This document shows positions 1 to 8,923 of a DNA stretch of 32,000 nucleotides, in pieces; position 1 is the stretch's first letter; every line of letters begins with the position of its first letter. Position numbers and translations under genes: made by a program. The notes under the pieces are model-generated. The model saw only the letters and a program-made list of their open reading frames with translations, ran no database searches and was not told the DNA's origin. Source of the DNA: Planctomycetales bacterium (lineage in GTDB: Bacteria; 4484-113; JAFGCY01); assembly GCA_022646745.1 (NCBI GenBank), contig CP060262.1, forward strand, positions 480,001-512,000. Direction: 5' to 3'.

Positions 1-1
1 C

Positions 2-1306
2 CTGGCTGATCGCGCACTGGACACTGAAGCCCTGCGACAGGCCTATGCAGCAGGCAGTGATCCCGATTTGAAGGCGGCTGCCGCGGATCCGGACTGGGTG
101 TTCGGCCGCGGCTGGCTGGACATGAAAAGCGGCATCGCCGTGATCATCGAACTGTTTCGCACCCTTGCCAGTGAGAATGAACTGCCGCTCAACCTTGTGC
201 TGCTCATCACCCCGGACGAGGAGAGCCAGAGCCGTGGGTTGTACGCTGCCCTGCCCGAGCTGAACCGCCTTCGCCGGGAGCGGGGGCTGGAGCTGGTGCA
301 GATTGTCAATGCAGACTACATGTCCCCGCTGTTCGAGGGCGACGAGCGCCACTTCATCTACAGCGGCACGATCGGCAAGTTCACGCTGGGCCTGACGGTG
401 CTCGGCACCACGACACATGCCGGTTCACCTTTCGGGGGGGTCAATGCCGCATCACTGGCGGGATACCTTGCATTCGCAGTCGAGCATGACCGAAAGTTCC
501 TGCAGGGCCACCGCGGCGAATGGCTGCCGCCGCCCACCGTGCTGCACCTGGCTGACCGCCGCCGCCGCTACGACGTGATGACGGTGGAAAGCGCTTCGCT
601 GTATGCCAACGTGTTCAACATCGCAGCGGACAGCAAGCGGCTCTGGCGCGACACCCTGCAAGAGATCCGCCGGCTAGTGCGGCGCTATGACTCCGAGATG
701 CGCAAGCGCTACAACCGCTTCGTGGCCCGCGCTGACATAACACCACAACGCGATGCCCGCCGGCCCGAAGTGATCGACTTTGCAACGCTGCTGGACCGCA
801 GCGCGGCAAACATGCAGCGCGAGCCACATGTCCTGCTGGCTGAAGCCCGAGCCGCAGCCAGCCACGAGGATGAGCGCCAGCGCGGAATAGAGGTCGTCAA
901 TTGGCTGGGGGCGCGCCTGCCACAGGGCCGGGCGACGGTTGTGGCCAGCCTGCTGCATCCCTGGTATCCCTGCCGCATTGAAAATGACCAGGACCGACTA
1001 GATATCATGCGCAGGCTGTGCGAGGAACAGGGCCTGACTCACTTCCACATCTATCCGTACATCTCCGACATGAGTGCCTTCGCCTGGCAGGGCGGAGTAC
1101 CTGAGCTGCTTGGGAAATGCAGTGCTCTTGATCAACAGCCCGATGATATTGAGATGCTGGAATCACTGGCCTGCCCGGTGCTGAATCTAGGCCCATGGGG
1201 CAGCGGAGCACATACCGGACAGGAGCGCAGCCGGCTGGACTGGTTGTCAACCGGACTGCCGGAGGCGATGCTGTCACTCATAAGAATGATTTCGCAGTCG
1301 CATTAA
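2..1306 (+). CDS. M20/M25/M40-family metallopeptidase (RocB-like), 5' end cut by the window edge
   Basis: The frame of the 68..1306 ORF stays open back to nt 2 with no in-frame stop, so the TTG at 68 is probably internal. Motif GRGWLDMKSG matches the M20 GRG-x-DMK-gG signature and is followed by the acidic ITPDEES segment. TAA stop at 1304-1306. G/C-rich third positions. Confidence 0.75.
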   Translation: MADRALDTEALRQAYAAGSDPDLKAAAADPDWVFGRGWLDMKSGIAVIIELFRTLASENELPLNLVLLITPDEESQSRGLYAALPELNRLRRERGLELVQIVNADYMSPLFEGDERHFIYSGTIGKFTLGLTVLGTTTHAGSPFGGVNAASLAGYLAFAVEHDRKFLQGHRGEWLPPPTVLHLADRRRRYDVMTVESASLYANVFNIAADSKRLWRDTLQEIRRLVRRYDSEMRKRYNRFVARADITPQRDARRPEVIDFATLLDRSAANMQREPHVLLAEARAAASHEDERQRGIEVVNWLGARLPQGRATVVASLLHPWYPCRIENDQDRLDIMRRLCEEQGLTHFHIYPYISDMSAFAWQGGVPELLGKCSALDQQPDDIEMLESLACPVLNLGPWGSGAHTGQERSRLDWLSTGLPEAMLSLIRMISQSH

Positions 1307-1361
1307 GTAAAATAGACTATTGCAATTTCTGTCATTTGCCTGCGCGTCAGCTTTACCGGGA

Positions 1362-1367
1362 TATAAT
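1362..1367 (+). promoter_or_regulatory. Candidate -10 hexamer (TATAAT) for the 1406 gene
   Basis: Perfect TATAAT in the 99-nt intergenic gap, about 38 nt upstream of ATG 1406, which has a GAGG Shine-Dalgarno. No convincing -35 at 17-nt spacing. Confidence 0.3.
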
Positions 1368-1405
1368 CAGGAAGCTGAAATATCCTAGCGATTCGCAGAG
1401 GCGGA

Positions 1406-4400
1406 ATGATGACAAGCAGAAGCACTACTGTAGTGGCCACCTTATTGCTGCTGACTTGCGGGCTACTTCCTTCCTGTGACAACGGAAGCGACACGCAAAG
1501 CAAGGGCACGAATGCAGGCCGGACCGGCGGCACCGCCGTCGACGACTTCCTGAGCTCAAGCAAGCTGAATGACAGCGGCCCCGGCAGTGGCAAGTTCGTG
1601 CTGCTCGGTGGCGACGAGACCGGGATCGAGTTTGACAACCGGGCCGATGACATCGACTTCATCGCGGAGGACCGGGCCAGCCAGGCCGGCCTGGCCTGCG
1701 GGGATGTCAACGGCGACGGGATCCTCGACCTGTTCCTCTGCGGGATGGAGACTGACAACAGGCTCTACATCGGCGAGGGCGGCTTCCGCTTCCGCGACGT
1801 GACCGCCGACAGCGGGGATGACCTCGCCGTGGCCGGGCACGAGACCTTCGGTGCGCTGTTCGTCGACATCGAGGGCGACGGCGACCAGGACCTCTACCTC
1901 GGCGTGCGTGGTGCGGACGACCGGCTGTACATCAATGACGGGCGCGGCAAGTTCACCAACGAAGCATCCCAGCGTGGCACCACTGCCACCAATGCCACTT
2001 CGAGCATCGCCGCATTTGATGTTGAGCCGGATGGCGACCTAGACCTCTACGTCTGCTCGCACTCCTTCGACCCGCGCATGACCAATGACGACGCGATGGT
2101 GGCGCAGGGCGTGGACATCAACAGCATCGTGATCCGCCCCGAGCTGGACCTGCTGCTGATCAATGACGGCAGCGGCAAGTTCACGGACGGCACATCAGCC
2201 GCCGGGATCGACGGGCTGAGCTGGAGCTGGCAGGCGATGCCGGCCGACTACAACGATGACGGCTACATGGACCTGTTCGTCTCCAGCGACTACTCCACCA
2301 ACGACCGCTACTACATCAACAATGGCGACGGCACATTCACGGACCATGCCACCACGATGCTGAGGCGCACGCCCTGGTTCTCGATGGGATGCGACAGTGG
2401 CGACATCAACGGCGACGGACGCATCGACCTGTTCTGCCTGGACATGTCGCCAAACGAGTACAAGGCCAGCAAGCTGATGAGCGGCGACATGTACGACTTC
2501 CGCGACGTGCTGGTCAACAGCAACCCGCAGCAGATGATGCACAACATGCTGCAGCTCAACCGCGGCCAGGGCTGGATGACCGACATCTCCTCGCTGGCCG
2601 GGGTGAAGTCCAGCGAGTGGTCCTGGACGGCGCGCATCGCAGACCTGGACTACAGCGGCATCCCCGAGCTGTTCGTTGCCAACGGCTACCTGACGATGAC
2701 CGCCATGAATGTGGACTACCAGAACCAGATCAAGCAGATCGGCGAGAGCCAGGGCCGTGAGGCGGTCAAGCAGTTCATGAAGGAGATGGGCAGCGCCCCG
2801 GCTGAGGACGTGATCTTCACCGCCGACAGCCCGCTCGACTACAAGCGAGCCAGCGGCAACTGGGGCATGACCGGCAACACGATCGACACCGGCACCGTGA
2901 TTGACGACATCGACGGCGACGGCGACCTGGACATCATCGCCAACCAGACCAACGGTGACCTGCAGGTCTGGCGCAACGAGCTGGACTGCGGCAACTTCAT
3001 CGCCGTCGAGCTCAGCCAGGACGGCGCCAATGCCTTCGGCGTCGGCAGCAAGCTGACAGCCTACTGCGGCGACTCGATCTTCGCCGACACGGTGGTGATC
3101 GGGCGTGGCATCGGCAGTGGCGTCAGTCCGCAGGTGCACCTCGGCCTCGGTGGCAATACGAAAGTTGACCGGCTTGAGGTACGCTGGCCGGACGGCAAGC
3201 TGCAGACTGAGGAGAACCTCGATGCCGGGCTGCTGTGGTCCGTCAGGCGCCGCGACAACCTGCCGGACTTCACTGCGCCGTCCTACGACCCGATGTTCTC
3301 CCAGGCTGACATGGACTTCAGCCGCGATGAACGCGACACTGACAAGGAGGAATTCGCTGCTGAGCTGCTGCTGCCGATCATGCGCAGCTACCTCGGTGGT
3401 GGTGTCGGCGTGGCCGACTCTGACCTCGATGGCGACCTCGATGTGTACTTCGCCGGTGCCGCCGGCCAGAGCGGGCGCCTCAAGCTCAATGACGGCAGTG
3501 GCAATCTTGAGAGCAGCAGCACGGCAGCCGACATCAACAAGCGGGACCGCGAGGAAATGGCGGTGCTGTGGTTTGATGCCAACGGCGACGAGCGTCCAGA
3601 CCTGTACATCTCCAACGGCTCGATGGAGGCCTATCCGGATTCCGACCTGTATGACGACGTGATCGTGCTCAACATGGAGGACGGGCTGAAGGCCAGCACC
3701 GTGCCCGGCACGAACATCTCCAGCGGCAGTGTGTGCGCCGCCGACATCGACGGTGATGGCGACCAGGACCTGTTCGTGGCCGGCCGCCAGGTGCCGCACC
3801 GTTTCGCCCTGCCCGCAACGAGCGTGTTCCTGCGCAATGACGGCAAGGGTGGCTTCAGCGTGCACGACTTCAGCGGCGGCCAGCCGCTGATGGGCTGCAT
3901 CAGCGATGCGCAGTTCGCCGACATGGACCATGACGGTGACCAGGACCTCGTGGTCTGCGAGGAGTTCGGCACCGTCAGCTGGCTGGCCAACAACGGCGGC
4001 AGCTTCGGCGCGAAGCAGGCTGTCAGCGCCAGCGGCATGTGGCAGTCTCTCTGCCTGGCCGACCTCAACGAGGATGGCAACATCGACATCGTGGCCGGTA
4101 ACTGGGGCCAGAACACAAAATACCACCCGAGTGCGGAGAAGCCCTACACGATGTTCGCCGGCGACATGGAAGGTGACGGCGACCGTGACCTGATCGAGGC
4201 CAAGAACAAGAGCGGCGGCGGTTACCTGCCGGGCCGCGGGCGGTCCTGCAGCGGCTACGCGATGCCAAGCATCCAAGAACGCTTCCCGAAGTGGGATGAC
4301 TTTGCCAATGCCAGCTTCGAGGACATCTACGGCGACCCCTCCCAGCTGCCGGAGAAGTATGAGGCGGCTGACCTGCACAACACGCTGTTCATGTCCGACG

Positions 4401-5011
4401 GCAATGGCGGCTTCAGCGCCAGCCAGCTGCCGGTAATGGCCCAGCTGTCACCGGTCTACGGCATCCTCGCCTCGGACTTCGATGGCGATGGTGACAAGGA
4501 CCTGCTGCTGGCGGAGAACTACAAGCTGACCCAGCCGGAGACCGGGCGCTGGAACCTCGGCTATTCCACGATGCTGCTGCAGGACAGTGGCAACTGGACC
4601 GCGGTTGACATGCCGGTGGCCGGCGTCAACATCCATGAGGATGCCCGTGGCGTGGTCGAGTGCGACCTCGATGCCGACGGCATGCAGGACATCATCGTCA
4701 CCGTCAGCAACGGTATGGCCAAGCGGCTGGAACACAGCGCTGCCGCCGGTGACAGCTTCAACGTGACGCTGGCCGGCAAGGCCGGAAACCGCTTCGGCAG
4801 CGGCGCCGTGATCATGCTGGCGCTGGACGACGGCAGCAAGCTGTTCCGCCTCGTACAGGCTGGCCAGGGCTACATGTCAAGCTACGTCGGCCCGCAGCAC
4901 TTTGCCATTCCGGCGGGGCGCAGCGTGTCACAGCTGGAAATCACCTGGAGTGACGGCAGCACAAGCAGCGCAGCCGACTTCAGTGGCAGTGCAGTGACGG
5001 TAGAGCAGTAG
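1406..5011 (+). CDS. FG-GAP/VCBS-repeat lipoprotein with two ASPIC/UnbV-like modules (CRTAC1-like, tandemly duplicated architecture)
   Basis: ATG preceded by GAGG. N-terminal signal peptide with Cys (LLLLTCGLLPSC). More than 10 Ca-binding FG-GAP loops (DVNGDGILDLF, DIEGDGDQDLY, DVEPDGDLDLY, DIDGDGDLDII, DSDLDGDLDVY, DIDGDGDQDLF, DMDHDGDQDLV, DLNEDGNIDIV, DMEGDGDRDLI, DFDGDGDKDLL, DLDADGMQDII). Two UnbV/ASPIC-like segments: GSKLTAYCGD...VDRLEVRWPDGK mid-protein and GAVIMLALDDGS...QLEITWSDGS at the C-terminus. Confidence 0.85.
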   Translation: MMTSRSTTVVATLLLLTCGLLPSCDNGSDTQSKGTNAGRTGGTAVDDFLSSSKLNDSGPGSGKFVLLGGDETGIEFDNRADDIDFIAEDRASQAGLACGDVNGDGILDLFLCGMETDNRLYIGEGGFRFRDVTADSGDDLAVAGHETFGALFVDIEGDGDQDLYLGVRGADDRLYINDGRGKFTNEASQRGTTATNATSSIAAFDVEPDGDLDLYVCSHSFDPRMTNDDAMVAQGVDINSIVIRPELDLLLINDGSGKFTDGTSAAGIDGLSWSWQAMPADYNDDGYMDLFVSSDYSTNDRYYINNGDGTFTDHATTMLRRTPWFSMGCDSGDINGDGRIDLFCLDMSPNEYKASKLMSGDMYDFRDVLVNSNPQQMMHNMLQLNRGQGWMTDISSLAGVKSSEWSWTARIADLDYSGIPELFVANGYLTMTAMNVDYQNQIKQIGESQGREAVKQFMKEMGSAPAEDVIFTADSPLDYKRASGNWGMTGNTIDTGTVIDDIDGDGDLDIIANQTNGDLQVWRNELDCGNFIAVELSQDGANAFGVGSKLTAYCGDSIFADTVVIGRGIGSGVSPQVHLGLGGNTKVDRLEVRWPDGKLQTEENLDAGLLWSVRRRDNLPDFTAPSYDPMFSQADMDFSRDERDTDKEEFAAELLLPIMRSYLGGGVGVADSDLDGDLDVYFAGAAGQSGRLKLNDGSGNLESSSTAADINKRDREEMAVLWFDANGDERPDLYISNGSMEAYPDSDLYDDVIVLNMEDGLKASTVPGTNISSGSVCAADIDGDGDQDLFVAGRQVPHRFALPATSVFLRNDGKGGFSVHDFSGGQPLMGCISDAQFADMDHDGDQDLVVCEEFGTVSWLANNGGSFGAKQAVSASGMWQSLCLADLNEDGNIDIVAGNWGQNTKYHPSAEKPYTMFAGDMEGDGDRDLIEAKNKSGGGYLPGRGRSCSGYAMPSIQERFPKWDDFANASFEDIYGDPSQLPEKYEAADLHNTLFMSDGNGGFSASQLPVMAQLSPVYGILASDFDGDGDKDLLLAENYKLTQPETGRWNLGYSTMLLQDSGNWTAVDMPVAGVNIHEDARGVVECDLDADGMQDIIVTVSNGMAKRLEHSAAAGDSFNVTLAGKAGNRFGSGAVIMLALDDGSKLFRLVQAGQGYMSSYVGPQHFAIPAGRSVSQLEITWSDGSTSSAADFSGSAVTVEQ

Positions 5012-5016
5012 GCAGG

Positions 5017-6234
5017 CTAGGCGCTGACAGCAGTCGTGCCGAGTGCCTGGCTGAGCGCATCGACCTGGTCGAGCCGCTCCCAGGGCAGGTCAAGGTCCGT
5101 GCGGCCGAAGTGGCCGTAGGCGGACACCTGCTCGTAGCTGGTCTGGCGCAGCTGCAGCCTGTCAATGATCGCCAGCGGACGGAAGTCGAAGATCTCGCGT
5201 GAGTCCAGCAGGGCCTGTATACGCTCCAGCGGCACCTGCTGCGTGCCGAAGCATTCTAAGGTCAGGCTGGTCGGATGCGACAGCCCGATCGCGTAGCTGA
5301 CCTGCAGCTCCAGCCGCTCGGCGACCCCGGCCGCCACCAGGTTCTTCGCGGCATAGCGCGCATAGTAGCTGGCGCTGCGGTCCACCTTGGTCGGGTCCTT
5401 GCCACTGAAGGCACCACCGCCGTGCCTGGCTGTGCCGCCGTATGTGTCAACGATGATCTTGCGGCCGGTCAGCCCGCTGTCACCCTGAGGCCCGCCGATC
5501 ACGAACTTGCCGGTCGGATTGACATGCAGCTTCATCTCCGGCAGGCGCAGCCGGCCGGGCACCACTTCGTCAATCACGTCCTCGCGCACGATCCCGTACA
5601 GCTTGTCGATCGACAGGTCCGGTTCGTGCTGGCTGCTGACGACGAGGGTCTGGATCCCGAGAAACTCGCTGCCGCGGTAGCGCGCACTGACCTGGGTCTT
5701 GCCATCAGGCCTGAGCCCAAGCCCGGGATTGGCATGCCTGAGCTCGGCCAGCCGGCGTGACAGGGCATGCGCCAGCTGGATCGGCATCGGCATGAAGCTG
5801 CCGCGCTGGAAGTCCTCGCTTTCAGTGGAAGCATAGCCGAACATCATGCCCTGGTCACCGGCACCGACCGCATCAAACGGGTCGGAACTGCCATCGCGGG
5901 CCTCCTGGCTGGCGTTCACACCCTGGGCGATGTCCGCACTCTGCTCGTCGAGGCTGACCAGCACCGCGCACTGCTCAGCACTGAGGCCGCTGGACTCGGT
6001 GTAGCCGATGCGGCGGATCGTGTTGCGCACGATCTCCTGCACGTTGGCATAGTGGCTGGTGGTGATCTCGCCGATCACCAGTACCAGCCCGGTGTTGGTG
6101 CAGGTCTCGCAGGCCACGCGCGCCAGGGGGTCATGGGCCAGGATGTCGTCAAGGATCGCATCACTGATCCGGTCGCAGACCTTGTCAGGATGGCCTTCGG
6201 TGACGCTCTCGCTGGTGAACAGGTGTTCTTGCAT
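5017..6234 (-). CDS. metK: S-adenosylmethionine synthetase
   Basis: N-terminus FTSESVTEGHPDKVCDRISDAILD, plus GAGDQGMMFGYA and DTYGG..RHGGGAFSGKDPTKVDRSA, all classical bacterial MetK motifs. GAGGAGAA Shine-Dalgarno upstream of the ATG. 24 nt downstream of rpe. Confidence 0.97.
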   Translation of the reverse strand: MQEHLFTSESVTEGHPDKVCDRISDAILDDILAHDPLARVACETCTNTGLVLVIGEITTSHYANVQEIVRNTIRRIGYTESSGLSAEQCAVLVSLDEQSADIAQGVNASQEARDGSSDPFDAVGAGDQGMMFGYASTESEDFQRGSFMPMPIQLAHALSRRLAELRHANPGLGLRPDGKTQVSARYRGSEFLGIQTLVVSSQHEPDLSIDKLYGIVREDVIDEVVPGRLRLPEMKLHVNPTGKFVIGGPQGDSGLTGRKIIVDTYGGTARHGGGAFSGKDPTKVDRSASYYARYAAKNLVAAGVAERLELQVSYAIGLSHPTSLTLECFGTQQVPLERIQALLDSREIFDFRPLAIIDRLQLRQTSYEQVSAYGHFGRTDLDLPWERLDQVDALSQALGTTAVSA

Positions 6235-6258
6235 TGTCGGGTTCTCCTCAGGCAGCCG

Positions 6259-6903
6259 CTACAGGCTGCGGATCCGCTTGACGAAGGCCGCGTGGTCGTC
6301 GGCGCGGAAGAACGAGCTGCCGGTGACGACGCTGTCAACGCCGGTGGCGGCCAGCTCGCTGGCATTGTTCAGGTTCACTCCGCCGTCCACCTGGATGCTG
6401 AACACCAGGCTCTGGGACTCGCGGAATTCGATCAGCTTCTCCAGCTTGGCGAAGGTGGAGCTCATGAACTCCTGTCCGCCGAAGCCGGGGTCGACGCTCA
6501 TCACCAGCACGTTGTCAACCAGGTCGAGGATCTCCTCGACGGCGACAAGCGAGGTCTGCGGGTTGATTGCCACGCTCGGCCTGAAGCCCAGCTCGCGCAT
6601 CAGGCTGATCAGGCGCGGGGCGAAATTCGTGACCTCGATCTGAAAGCTGACCATCTCCACGCCGACGTCTGTCAGCAGTGGCAGGTACATCATCGGGTCG
6701 GTCACCATCAGGTGCACGTCGAAGGGCAGGTCGCAGTGGTTGCGGCCCCAGCGGATCGTGCCCGGTCCGAAAGTCAGGTTGGGCACGAAGTGCCCGTCCA
6801 TCACGTCCCAGTGCACCATGTCGCAGCCGGTCTGCTCCATCAGCCGCAGGCCGGACTGGATGTCCGCCAGGTCACTCGCCAGCACAGAAGGTGCGATCTT
6901 CAC
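6259..6903 (-). CDS. rpe: Ribulose-phosphate 3-epimerase
   Basis: MKIAPSVLASD...HWDVMDGHFVPNLTFGP...DVHLMV...SVDPGFGGQ.F are canonical Rpe motifs. The GTG start overlaps the TAG stop of the upstream PASTA gene by 1 nt (TAGTG). A GGAGG Shine-Dalgarno is encoded in the PASTA C-terminal GGEEE codons. Confidence 0.95.
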   Translation of the reverse strand: MKIAPSVLASDLADIQSGLRLMEQTGCDMVHWDVMDGHFVPNLTFGPGTIRWGRNHCDLPFDVHLMVTDPMMYLPLLTDVGVEMVSFQIEVTNFAPRLISLMRELGFRPSVAINPQTSLVAVEEILDLVDNVLVMSVDPGFGGQEFMSSTFAKLEKLIEFRESQSLVFSIQVDGGVNLNNASELAATGVDSVVTGSSFFRADDHAAFVKRIRSL

Positions 6904-7922
6904 TACTCTTCCTCCCCCCCGTCATAGGGAATGCGCTCCTCGCGGAAGGCATTCTCCATGTCGTCAATGTAGACCATCACGGTCGCCTTGCCCTCCAGCG
7001 GGATGCGCTTGTCAACGAAGCTGCCGCTCTCATGCATCTGGTCGTAGACAATCGTATTCTGTGCAATCTGGTCAAACACCTTGATCTTCACATGCTGCAT
7101 GCGCGGGCCGCCGCTGACGGGCACCCTGACGGTGATCGTGCGCGTCCAGCTCGAAATCAGCTCCGGCGGGGCGGCAACCGTCAGTGTGACCTTCTGGCCG
7201 AGGCTGACCTGCTCACCGGCCCGGACATTCTGACTGAGCACAGTGCCACTTGCCACAGAGTTATTCGAGACGTAATCAACTTGATGCAGATGTAAGTTGC
7301 TGCGCACCAGCAGCTGCTCCGCACTGCGCAGGTCCTTGCCGGAAAGATCGGGCATCTCCACCTTGGGCAGGTCCCGGCTGTCCGCCACGCGCAGGTCAAC
7401 GGAGACCGGGCCGGGGAATTCCTTGCCCTTCACCGGGTCCTGGCTGATCACGGTACCAGGGGTGTCAGCCGGCATGTAGATCTTCTCGATCCGGCCGATC
7501 TTCATCCCCGCCTCATCCAGCAGGATTGTGGCCTGGGCCAGCTCCTTGCCCTCAAGGTCCGGCACCACGTAGCGCGGATTGCCGAGAGAGAGGTAGTAGC
7601 TGATCTTGCCACCAGCCTTGCGCTTACGGCCGGCTTCCGGGTCCTGCTTCATCACAAGGCCCTTCTCCACCGTGTCACTGACCACACTCTCGCGCCGGTC
7701 AGGCTTGAAGCCGGCATTGCGGATAGCCTGCTCCGCCTCATCCGGGCTGAGACCGACTATGGATGGAACCGTGGTCACTTCCCCGCGTGCGAGGAAATCA
7801 GAGTCGAAATTGCGCACCAGGTCCACGACGAAGTAGCCGATCACCGCCAGCACGGCGATGATTGCGAGGGCGCAGCCGATGTTGACTATCTTCTGAGCCT
7901 GGGTTTTGCGGGATCTGGCCAC
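6903..7922 (-). CDS. Membrane-anchored PASTA-domain protein (3 PASTA repeats + C-terminal beta-rich domain, no kinase or PBP domain)
   Basis: 13-aa cytoplasmic tail, then TM helix IVNIGCALAIIAVLAVIGYFVV. Three PASTA-like repeats (VPSIVGLSPDEAEQAIRNAGF..., VVPDLEGKELAQATILLDEAGM..., VEMPDLSGKDLRSAEQLLVRSNL...), then an ~80-aa beta-rich tail. GTG start. Confidence 0.8.
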   Translation of the reverse strand: MARSRKTQAQKIVNIGCALAIIAVLAVIGYFVVDLVRNFDSDFLARGEVTTVPSIVGLSPDEAEQAIRNAGFKPDRRESVVSDTVEKGLVMKQDPEAGRKRKAGGKISYYLSLGNPRYVVPDLEGKELAQATILLDEAGMKIGRIEKIYMPADTPGTVISQDPVKGKEFPGPVSVDLRVADSRDLPKVEMPDLSGKDLRSAEQLLVRSNLHLHQVDYVSNNSVASGTVLSQNVRAGEQVSLGQKVTLTVAAPPELISSWTRTITVRVPVSGGPRMQHVKIKVFDQIAQNTIVYDQMHESGSFVDKRIPLEGKATVMVYIDDMENAFREERIPYDGGEEE

Positions 7923-7987
7923 CAGTCTGCAATTTTAGCCTATTTCGGCTAGCTGACTGCCGGGCTTGCATTCCGGCGAGGCCTGAT

Positions 7988-8881
7988 TCAACGCGTGCTG
8001 AAGTCCCAGCTCTGCTTCCAGGGCTGGCGATCTATCACAGCGGACAGGTGCACCCGGTAGCTATGGCCATCCTCCAGTGGGTCAGCCGGGATCAGGGCGA
8101 TCACTCCCGGGATGTCCCAGTCCGCCAGCAGTGGCTGGCCCGGGTACTGCAGGTGGGTCGGTACGATTCGCTGCGTGGTCAGGTCCTGCAGCCAGCCCTC
8201 GACCGCGTCGAATCCATGCTGGCGCGGCCCGAAGAATTCAGCGGTGATCGGAATGCCCAGGCTGCTGTCCCCTGGTACCGGCCAGGGAATCTCATTCTCA
8301 AAGTTGCCGGCGATCCCGCTGGCACCGGGGTTGGGGTACAGCACCGTGTATTCGGCACTGTACTGGCCCCGGATCCGGCCCTGCAGCACGTCCATCACCT
8401 GGTAGCTGCCGCTGCTGCCGTACCCGACATAGTGGATATTGGGGTCCAGCAGGCCGAGGCGGTGGTAGAAGGTGCGCATCCAGCGGTCGATCGCATCCAC
8501 CGGGGCCACCCCCTCATAGATGATGCTCGCATGGGCGGCCCGCTCACCGTCCTCGCTGTACAGCGGGTTGGTACTGTCTTCTGTATGCGCGTCCAGCCCG
8601 ACCACGTTGAGGCTGATGCTGTTGTGCTTCAGGTAGTCTGCATGCAGCTGGCAGCCGCGGGACAGGTCGTAGTCCAGGTCGACCTTCTGCACACCTACAC
8701 TCTCGCGGTATTCGTTGAAGCGGGAAACGGCATTGTAGGCGGCGCTGAAATTCACGCGGGCCGGGTCATCGATCCCGGGCCAGCCGCTGCTGGAGTTTTC
8801 AGAAGCACCGCAGGAGGGAAGCAGCGACAGCACGGTCAGCAGCACCGCGCCGGTGAAGGCGGCTTTCCCGGTCATCCCCAT
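7988..8881 (-). CDS. Lipoprotein, CAP (SCP/PR1-like) domain suspected
   Basis: Signal peptide and lipobox (VLLTVLSLLPSCGAS). FNEYRESVGV..V.LDYDLSRGCQLHADYLKHN ... DAIDRWMRTFYHRLGLLDPN..YVGYG resembles the CAP-domain pattern (N-x-yR, HA-x-y, W-x-x-x-x-H-R-x-x-L-L-x-P). The family call is by eye only. Confidence 0.6.
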   Translation of the reverse strand: MGMTGKAAFTGAVLLTVLSLLPSCGASENSSSGWPGIDDPARVNFSAAYNAVSRFNEYRESVGVQKVDLDYDLSRGCQLHADYLKHNSISLNVVGLDAHTEDSTNPLYSEDGERAAHASIIYEGVAPVDAIDRWMRTFYHRLGLLDPNIHYVGYGSSGSYQVMDVLQGRIRGQYSAEYTVLYPNPGASGIAGNFENEIPWPVPGDSSLGIPITAEFFGPRQHGFDAVEGWLQDLTTQRIVPTHLQYPGQPLLADWDIPGVIALIPADPLEDGHSYRVHLSAVIDRQPWKQSWDFSTR

Positions 8882-8923
8882 TCAAACCAGTATACCCGCG
8901 CAGCCCGGGCAATGTACGGCCGC

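Noticed and set aside
2195-4378. 727-aa ORF on the minus strand, antisense to the FG-GAP gene
   Set aside because: It lies entirely inside a CDS with strong domain evidence on the other strand. The translation is low-complexity (A/V/G/H/D/R-rich) with no motifs. Long stop-free antisense frames are expected when sense codons are G/C-rich at position 3.
6235-6258. Looked for a SAM riboswitch upstream of metK and a T-box or attenuator upstream of pheS (25101-25144)
   Set aside because: The gaps are only 24 nt and 44 nt, too short for either element. metK is operonic with rpe, and pheS has a -10 hexamer 7 nt from its ATG.
5767-6927. 386-aa ORF on the plus strand, antisense to metK and rpe, plus other antisense ORFs of 150-420 aa (18108-18962, 20139-20654, 22848-23720, 25625-26485, 28548-29354, 29442-30713)
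   Set aside because: Each is fully shadowed by a motif-supported CDS on the other strand. All lack SD or promoter context and have compositionally biased, motif-free translations.
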